The notes under the pieces: generated by a model
The model's database searches: none
Seen by the model: the letters and a program-made list of their open reading frames with translations, nothing else
Told to the model about the DNA's origin: nothing
Origin: the human T2T-CHM13v2.0 reference genome, Homo sapiens
Length of the DNA stretch: 64,000 nt
Reading direction: 5' to 3' (one strand)
Assembly (NCBI RefSeq): GCF_009914755.1
Contig: NC_060930.1
Shown here: piece by piece, positions 44,760 through 64,000 of the stretch
Numbering within the stretch: the stretch's first letter is position 1
How the letters are laid out: every line of letters starts with the position of its first letter
Program-made: the position numbers and the translations under genes

Positions 44760-45379
44760 TTATTTTCTTTCAGTATAAAAAGTTACAGAGCTTGAATGAA
44801 TAAATATGTAGCTGTTAATATTCTAAAATTTCAAAGTCTAATGCTATAGTCAATGAAAGCATTCATGAAACATTAAATTGTGGGCGGCTGGCTTCATCAA
44901 TATTATTATGTACATTAAAATACTCAATGGTAAAAGAAAAAGTGAAACCTACATATGCAAATAGTGAAAGAAAGCAGTAGGCTCAAGCCTCAAGCTGTTG
45001 ATTAGCTTCAGGTAAATTAGTTTCTTCCCTAATATCAAAATTGGTGTCCAGGGTAAAAATTCCCACTCTCACAGCTTCAAAGCAAGGAAAAACAAATTAT
45101 TCCTTAACTATAGAAGAGATGAATGTACAAGAAAGACTTAAACCTCAAAAACGTAAATGCCAACATTTTTTTTTAAATAGGAAACTTGCTTAATGCTCTG
45201 TATTTTACAAAACTAATCTTGATTCCAGTGCCACCATGTGTTGTCCTTATGTATGAACAACCTGATGACACCACACAGCAGGAATACTCTGAGTCTAAAA
45301 TTGTGCAGGGCACTACAGAGATTTTAGTAGTATCTTGATGTCTTCCACCCCCACTGGCTTCTACATGCAAGTTAAGACA

Positions 45380-48400
<3,021 letters not shown>

Positions 48401-48699
48401 AAATAGTGACCTCCAAAAAGGGAAGACAGGAAGGAGGTGAAAGTATGTGCTTTTTGCAATGAATCAACAAATCATAAAGGTAAAGATTCACCCAGTAGCA
48501 AAGCATACCCCTAAGTGCTTAGATTCTGGATGTCATTTCCCACTGAATGGAATTAGGGCTTCTTAGAGAAAAACTGATTCTAGATTTAAGACAGGAAATT
48601 CACAAGGTGAGCCTGCAATATCTTGATGCCAGGTAATAAACTGCCAAAATGTCATACAGATCCTGACTCAAGTAAGAATCGTAAACTAGAGAAGAGTCT

Positions 48700-52345
<3,646 letters not shown>

Positions 52346-52388
52346 AATTAGACCAAAGAGGAAGAAGAACAAGAACAATAAGAACAAC

Positions 52389-52445
52389 CAGTAGTAGCAG
52401 TAGTAGTAGTAGCAGTAGTAGTAGTAGCAATAGTAGTAGTAGTAC

Positions 52446-52487
<42 letters not shown>

Positions 52488-52511
52488 CAGCAGCAGCAGA
52501 AGAAGAAGAAG
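52389..52511. repeat. Compound triplet repeat (TAG/CAG)~37 followed by (AAG)4
   Basis: Directly visible; produces poly-Ser, poly-Leu and poly-Thr ORFs. Confidence 0.95.
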
Positions 52512-52575
52512 ACAAAAAGAAAATAAAGCACAAGACATTTGGTGAGATTGAAACACTGACTAGAGAAACTTGTGA

Positions 52576-53430
<855 letters not shown>

Positions 53431-53456
53431 AGGAAATTTTTTTAAACAAGCAATTA

Positions 53457-53752
<296 letters not shown>

Positions 53753-54061
53753 TTATCAAAACAAGATTATTTAAAATGCAGATTACTTAAAAAGACTAAA
53801 CATAAAATAGGATTGTAAAGCTATTCTCTTATGTTTCTAGCTTCCATCTGCTTAATTTTTATTTGTTGAGAGAAGTATTACAATTTGAAAATGTTTTAAT
53901 TTGTAAGCAGTGATATTAAAATGACCAAACATATAGTAGCTTAAAAAAAAACTTGACAGAACATCATAATCAAGTGGCAAAAAGGAAGAGCCAAATAATT
54001 TGAGTGAAAGAAAGCTAATGAGTAGCAATCAGAAGCACTAGTAATTGAAATCACAAGGTTA

Positions 54062-54356
54062 TTTTTTTTTTTTTTGAGGCGGAGTCTTGCTCTGTCGCCC
54101 AGGCTGGAGTGCAGTTGGCGCTATCTTGGCTCACTGCAATCTCCTCCTCCCAGGTTCACGCCATTCTCCTGCCTCAGCCTTCTGAGTAGCTGGGACTACA
54201 GGCGCCTGCCACCACGCCCAGCTTTTTTTTGTATTTTTAGTAGAGATGAGGTTTCACCGTGTTAGCCAAGATGGTCTCGGTCTCCTGACCTCGTGATCCG
54301 CCCACCTCGGCCTCCCAAAGTGCTGAGATTACAGGTGTGAGCCACTGCACCCGGCC
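54062..54356 (-). mobile_element. Alu (Y-like); TSD CACAAGGTTAT
   Basis: Alu consensus. Confidence 0.9.
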
Positions 54357-55042
54357 CACAAGGTTATATTTTTAAAAAAATCTAATGGGGAGACAGTGTA
54401 AAGAAAATAACAAAAGGCTGAAAATAAAAGGCTTATGTTATTGAGTAAGCACATTTAGGGCACATTATGAATAAGAGGAGCTAGCAAAACAGACAGAATA
54501 CAGCATGAAAAAAAAAGTATCCTAAAGACATAGGAGGTCATATAAGCAGACAATAATGACTGGCTAATGTCAACATTATATAGAGAAACCAACTGTCCTC
54601 CTTCTTAATCATTCTTTTCCCCTCACCCTCCAGGCAAGTAGAGTGAGCCAGTTTATATGGAATTCTGTAAGAACTAACTTTCTAGTTTAGGGCCCTTTAT
54701 ATTTTAATATGAGAAACGATAGTGGTCCAGAGAAAAAAACGCCTGAACAAACATACACACGAATGTGGATGTACTGCTCTGTGTGGGTATGTTATGTTGG
54801 GAAAACGGGTAGAGGCAGGAGAGTGACATGAGCCATTACTAACCCTTAACATAGTGTTTTGAGTTATATCCTTTCAATCTCTAACAGTAGTAAATAATGC
54901 AGGAGCAAAGACAGCTGGGAGATAAGGATGAAGAAAGACAGGAAAAAATGGCTAAGAACAAATGGAGAAAAGAATAAAATAGGGAATCAATGGACAGAAG
55001 CTACAGAGAAACCACCTAGCAATGTTTGAAAAATATCTTGGG

Positions 55043-55355
<313 letters not shown>

Positions 55356-55583
55356 TTAAAAAGCCTTCTTTGCTTAGTTAGGGTCAAATAAAGGTACTCA
55401 GCATTACTGGGGAGATTTGAGAGTATTTCTATAGTTTTACTTGGAACTTTTGCAAATTAGTAAAGAAATCTGGCACAATGACAAACATTACAAGATTAAA
55501 TAATAGAAAAAACAGATATGGCCATCACGACACCCTGTGTAGGTTTTTAAAAAATTACTTGGTTTAGAATTCTTAATTCTTTG

Positions 55584-55584
<1 letters not shown>

Positions 55585-55648
<64 letters not shown>
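55585..55648. repeat. Compound (AC)18(AG)14 microsatellite
   Basis: Directly visible. Confidence 0.96.
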
Positions 55649-56306
55649 CCATCTACAAAGTGACCACAATAAGCACAAGATACTGTTTTAAGATGGTTGC
55701 AGCAGTTTTCCTTAGACATCTGGGTAATCTGTGATTTGTATTTTTCTAAGAAATGACTCAGAATTGACTTTAGAACAATAGTCTTTCCACATTATCAGCT
55801 GTTCTCTCTCCTTTCCCATCCCTTCCTTCCTGCTTCTCTGTTCAAATCTCTTCCCATAGTCTACATGAAACTAGTCATATGTAGTCCTGTCTCCTTTAAA
55901 TACAAAAAGATCAACAGCAATTAGGAATGTGCATTAAAGGAAGCTAAACATGCATGAAAAGTAAAATAATGTATGAAATGTCTTTATACATTTTAAAAAC
56001 AGCTTATAAACAGGTGATTTTAGATTTATCCAATCTAAGTAAGATTCGACTTCATCTTTTACTGAAAAATCTGATTGACCTTTATAAGCACAGCTGTTGC
56101 AATAACCTTTCCATTAGCTCACCGCACGTCACTTTGATACCTGTGAAGAAAATCAGCTATGGTTCCTTTCAATTCTACAGTTCTAAAACATCCAGATAAA
56201 AACATAAAACAAGTCAGTTTTTCATTATAATAGAATGTGAACAATTACACCCTTTTAGACTCTAAACATAAACTACATTCACAGCCTCTTCAAAGTTGAG
56301 GCTTAG

Positions 56307-56713
<407 letters not shown>

Positions 56714-56985
56714 TAAGAAATTACTTCCCTTAAAGTTTCTGTGCTAACTGACAAAAATCATAGACTCTTTACTTAGTGATACAACGCATTTTCTAAAAGT
56801 TTCCTTTGATTTCGCTTTAATTTGCCTGAAAAGAGGACAAGAAGCTTAAAGCAATATTCTGAAAAATCACACCACACAAAATTAGACAAAATTCAGATGT
56901 GTGTTCAGAAGTGTACAATAAAAGAGGTAATTTTATTATAGTTTGCCTTAGAAAAGACACCAAGGCCATCTACACAACAAATCTA

Positions 56986-57216
<231 letters not shown>

Positions 57217-57599
57217 CTACAAGAAAGAGCTCACATAAATCTATTTTTAAAATATACTAAAATTTCAATAGCTTTAATGGAGAAAAATCTTAAATAGTCA
57301 ATTCATAAGAGGAAATACAACCAACAGGAACTATTTTTCTAATTAAACTATTTTGCTCCCTGATATCAATCAAAGTGTGGCCTCCAAATTAACTGATGAT
57401 TACCAGGCTATGAGGAACTAAGAAGATTTTGCAGGATGCAAATCAACTACAGCACTAACCACACTGTTTTTTTCAGCGGACATTTTTTTTTTCATGGAAA
57501 AACTTTCTCAATGAAGAAAACAGTATGTTGATTTACTTTTGGGTAGGTACAAGGCTCCTTATCTTGTCACAAACGGACATTCTGAAAAGTACTGTCTTA

Positions 57600-57850
57600 A
57601 GCCAGATGCAGTGGCTTGTGCCTGTAACCCCAGCTACTCTGGAGGCTAAGGCAGATCACTTGAGGCCAGGAGTTGAAAATAAAAAAGAAAACTACTGCCA
57701 TAGAAATCTCCTGGTGCAACATTCTCACTTTATGAATAAAAAATCTGAGACTCAGAAAGAAAAAAATGGTAACATGGAGGACATACCGGGGTAAAGGCGA
57801 CCTAAACCCAGGTTTTCTAATTCTGAATTTAAGTTCCTTCTACCACACTG
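57600..57850 (+). mobile_element. Alu monomer fragment (57600-57690) and MIR fragment (57710-57850)
   Basis: Partial Alu left arm; MIR-like CTGAGACTCAGA...AACCCAGGT. Confidence 0.6.
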
Positions 57851-58320
57851 GCATATTCCTAATTTAAAACAGAACTAAAAATACATTTTTGATAGAATTT
57901 ATCTCAGTTTCCAGGTATAAATGGAATCAGTAAATACAGTATTTTTATATTATGTATTCTATAACATATTTGAAAAACAACAAAAAAGATGCTATACATT
58001 TATTTACACAACTTTCCTTTTAACCATAGTAGGAAAAAAAAACATTATGACAGTAGCTACCTGGCCTGTAAAACATGCTCAGTGAATATTTTTATTCATT
58101 TGAAAGGTTTTTTTTTGGTTCATGCGTGTAAGAAGAATTCTCATCATAGCATTTGCCACCAGTTCCCTACTACATGCATGGTATGTGTAAATATTGTTGT
58201 CTTCCTTTACCTCTTTAAGGTTACTAGAACTTTATAGAGAAAATTATCCATGCTAAAGAGCCTCCACTTGGTGTGTTTTTATTCAATGAAACTTGATTTA
58301 TTTATAATTCTTCACATTCA

Positions 58321-58476
<156 letters not shown>

Positions 58477-59131
58477 TTAGGAAGCTAAGATTTAGCTATA
58501 AGATGGTTAAAAAGGACAAATATTGATTTCACGTTTCCCTGTAGCCCAAACAAGCTACTTCTATGGGAACATTTATACTTGTTAATGACACTAACTGGCC
58601 AGATTTCATTTATAGGAAGAATAAAAAATCTGTTCTCAGATAATCTCAGTTGTTGAACATTTTCTCTGAGTTAAAATCCTTCTTTTGAATATCTCCCTGA
58701 GTTACAAGCAAAACTGCAAAATGAGGATAAATAAGGGGAAAGATATTACCAAATTCCAAGTGTTCTGTGTATATATCTGTATATAGGCAAAAACTAAAAG
58801 GTTAAAAGCTGTAATATTTTCCCATAGGCAGCCAGAAGAAATACTTCGGTGAAAAGAAAATGATAAAAATCACAAAAAAATCAAACGACAAAAGCTTTAC
58901 CAGCATTAATTTAATCACTCCTGTCTCTATAGTAGAAAGGGAGATATATAATACTGATTCTTCACGAAAGAAAAGTGGTTTCTCCAAGAATACAGAGACT
59001 ATTGCCAACAACAAAATTCTGATAAATGAATCAGGCTAGAGATAGATTGAAGCCTGGATCAGCAGTGGAAACTCAGACAAACACATTTAGACATCATCTA
59101 ACTAATTCTTTTACAGAACCACTAAAACTTA

Positions 59132-59308
<177 letters not shown>

Positions 59309-59622
59309 TTAACATCACATTTTTCAACATCTATATACCTTTTATCAATAAAAAGTTTCTTTTATACAATCAATTCAACAGAAGAAAATCTTAATAGTCA
59401 AATCAGCCACATAGTATTACTGAATTCATGTTATTAAAAAAAGTGAGTAAGATTAATGATTTAGATTGAGCCTACAACAGTCTCATCCAAAAACAATAAA
59501 AAGGTTGTATATCATGATATTCTTGTCTCTCAATAATTCAATAGGTTTATCTAAACATATATATCTATTTACAATTACAGTCTCAGGTGTTTTTTAGGAG
59601 ACAGAATAATTCTGTTTATTTA

Positions 59623-60600
<978 letters not shown>

Positions 60601-61212
60601 ACCAGAAAACAGAAGAAGGCCTGAAAAGGCTGCCAACAGTGGCAAGAATCAAGGTATTTTCATATTTATCTTTGTCAGCTGAGAATAAGAAGGACCACAT
60701 TCTTCTAGATGGTATGATACATTCCATTTTGTGTTCCTACCCAAAGACTCTAGAAAGTCTCATCAAGAAACAGAAAAGATTAACAGGCAACCTAATGACA
60801 CCATTTAAGTGTCTGTCATTCCAGTTTAACTTAACAGCCATCACTATGAGAAAAAAAGTGGTAAGAAGGTATTTTGTAAAAATCTATATGCCAAAATGTT
60901 ATCACTGGTTATATGTGGCTGATAGCATTGCAGAAGTCTTTTACTTTCTTTTCTGTTTAACACAGCTCTGAAATTTTCTAAGGTAAATATGTATTATAAT
61001 TTTTAAAGAGGAAAAAGGTAAAAACATTTAATATAAAATTAGGCTTTGATAAATTAAGTCAGACTAAGAACAAATACTATTTCCTATGTTTTAGAGAAAA
61101 GGATACAAGTAAACAGCAATAAAACTGTGTTTATGCTGATAGATCAAACATCCAAACGAGAAATTGCAAATAGATGGCTCATGTCTCACTTCATACCTCT
61201 TTATGAACTTAC

Positions 61213-61331
61213 CTTTACAATAATCATTAGGATCTTCTTGCTCATCATCATCAGATCCCAGAATCTCCTCTTCCTGCTCTGGTAGATCACTCTCAGAGTG
61301 GGGAGCAGAGCCTCGGTGCTGAGTTTCAGAT
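61213..61331 (-). CDS. SRPK1: SRPK1 exon 3 (119 nt): SETQHRGSAPHSESDLPEQEEEILGSDDDEQEDPNDYCK
   Basis: Acceptor TTTCTTAG|ATCT, donor AAAG|GTAAGT; within ORF 61091..61357(-). Confidence 0.96.
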
Positions 61332-61706
61332 CTAAGAAATGATACAAAAATGCCCATTCCATTTGGACAGAAGAAAATAAGACATTATCAAATGCTGCCC
61401 TCCCCACAAAAAACTAAACTTTCAGATAATATGAACAGAGTATTACCAAGTGGCAGCCTAGGAAAATATTAGCTGTAGTTTTACCTCATGTTAGAAAAAT
61501 ACTTTTTAAAAACTTCAGTACATAATAAATAAAATCTGAAAAATATTAAAAAGTACAAAGGAGAAAAATTACTTGAATCTCAATATCCAAACATAATCAC
61601 TGATAAACTACTGACTCTTCTTCCATTATGTTGCTGTATCTTCATAAAAATATTTATCTGTAATCACATACTACATAAACAAATTTGCATCTGGCTTTTT
61701 CTATTA

Positions 61707-62063
<357 letters not shown>

Positions 62064-62605
62064 ATCTTAACATGCTTCCCTTAGAAGTATCACTGCTTAC
62101 TTTGGCACATTCTGCTCAGCTGGACATTTATTTCCAATTTTTCACTACTAAAAATATAGTTGTTGAATACTTTTGGATAATCTTTATTCTGTAATTAGAA
62201 TTATTTCCCTAAAATTAAACTACTAAGTAGGGGTTAAAACATTCCTATTTATAAAAATAACATGTTAAATGTGGAAAATTTGGAAAACACTTGTTTCAAG
62301 GCATACCTAATCAGAACAACTATTAACATTTTGGAATATTTCCTTCTAGTCAGTGGCCATGAATGCTTCGCTTCTAATGATTTTTATGTAGTATGACTGC
62401 TTCCCAAAAAGGTTGTACTAAGTTACATCCCCACCAGCCACACATGGGCTTTTGGTATTTAAGTACTACCTCATTCTGAAAACTTAGCTTATTTGATAGG
62501 TAAAAATCATATTTCATTTTATAATGCATTAAAAATATTTACTGATTTCCTTCTCTATATGTCTTCAATTAGTTATATCACAACTTTTGTGCACTGAGAA
62601 GTTCA

Positions 62606-63070
<465 letters not shown>

Positions 63071-63522
63071 CTAAAGGAAAATACATCTTAATTTTAATTT
63101 TTCAGTATTTATTTACCTTTTCATCAACCTGTTTCATCAGATTATTTTTTCAAAAGATTCAATTAACAGAAAAACATTTTAATAGAAAAACCAGTTACAT
63201 GCTATGACTGAGCTATTTAAGACATAAGAAATACCTTGATGCAACTAATGATTTAGATTTTTGGTGGCCATTCCAACCTTCCTCAATTCTTGATTTTCTT
63301 TTTAATCCCCCAGGGTACACAAAATTAGCTATAAAACTGCATGATTCAATGTTCATTGTAACTGAAAACATGTCTTTGGGAAATTTATTTAGTAATACAC
63401 TGGCCCACTTTCCTAAGTGGAAATAAGGAGTCTGAATGAAGAACAACATTCTCCAATTTGAGATTAAGATGGAATTCTGAAACAGATTCTCTGATTCAAA
63501 CTTAATGAAAGTAAATGAAATG

Positions 63523-63829
<307 letters not shown>

Positions 63830-64000
63830 TTAACTGAAGGCTTGTATAATGGAGTTGACACCATACACTGCACAGCAGACAGACTGGTATTTATCTTGCA
63901 GGGGGCAAAAAAGGAGGCCTATTCTCTAAAGAAAATAAAATAAACTGGAAAGAACAAATGCTGTTAGTGTGGATGATGCTACCCCAGAGTAAACTTTTCC

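Overview
Primate (human-type, Alu/L1-rich) genomic DNA containing most of SRPK1 (SR-protein kinase 1) on the minus strand. I placed 14 coding exons by hand (exons 3-16 in the usual numbering). They have GT-AG boundaries and consistent phases and total 1894 coding nt, from SETQHRG to HPWLNS-stop. A repeat-free 3' UTR of about 2.3 kb ends at AATAAA near 3385. Exons 1-2 and the promoter lie beyond the right edge. Intron 6 (44672-57041) is a 12.4-kb U12-type intron. The rest is intronic, with about 55 Alu/FLAM copies, several old L1s (mostly antisense to SRPK1), L2/MIR, MER1B, Tigger3a, Tigger4a, MER8, MER21 and MST elements, and microsatellites. Most ORF-track entries are Alu, L1 or simple-repeat artefacts. 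No new biological system is demonstrated. The best leads concern splicing control: three separate splice choices around the last intron that would each remove the final 60 aa while escaping NMD; a U2-type 18-nt microexon and an anti-U12-signal element inside the U12 intron; a 5-nt UGC-type microexon candidate; a poison-exon candidate in intron 13; and plus-strand splice/poly(A) signals suggesting an overlapping antisense transcript. Repeat boundaries and subfamily names were assigned by eye and are approximate.
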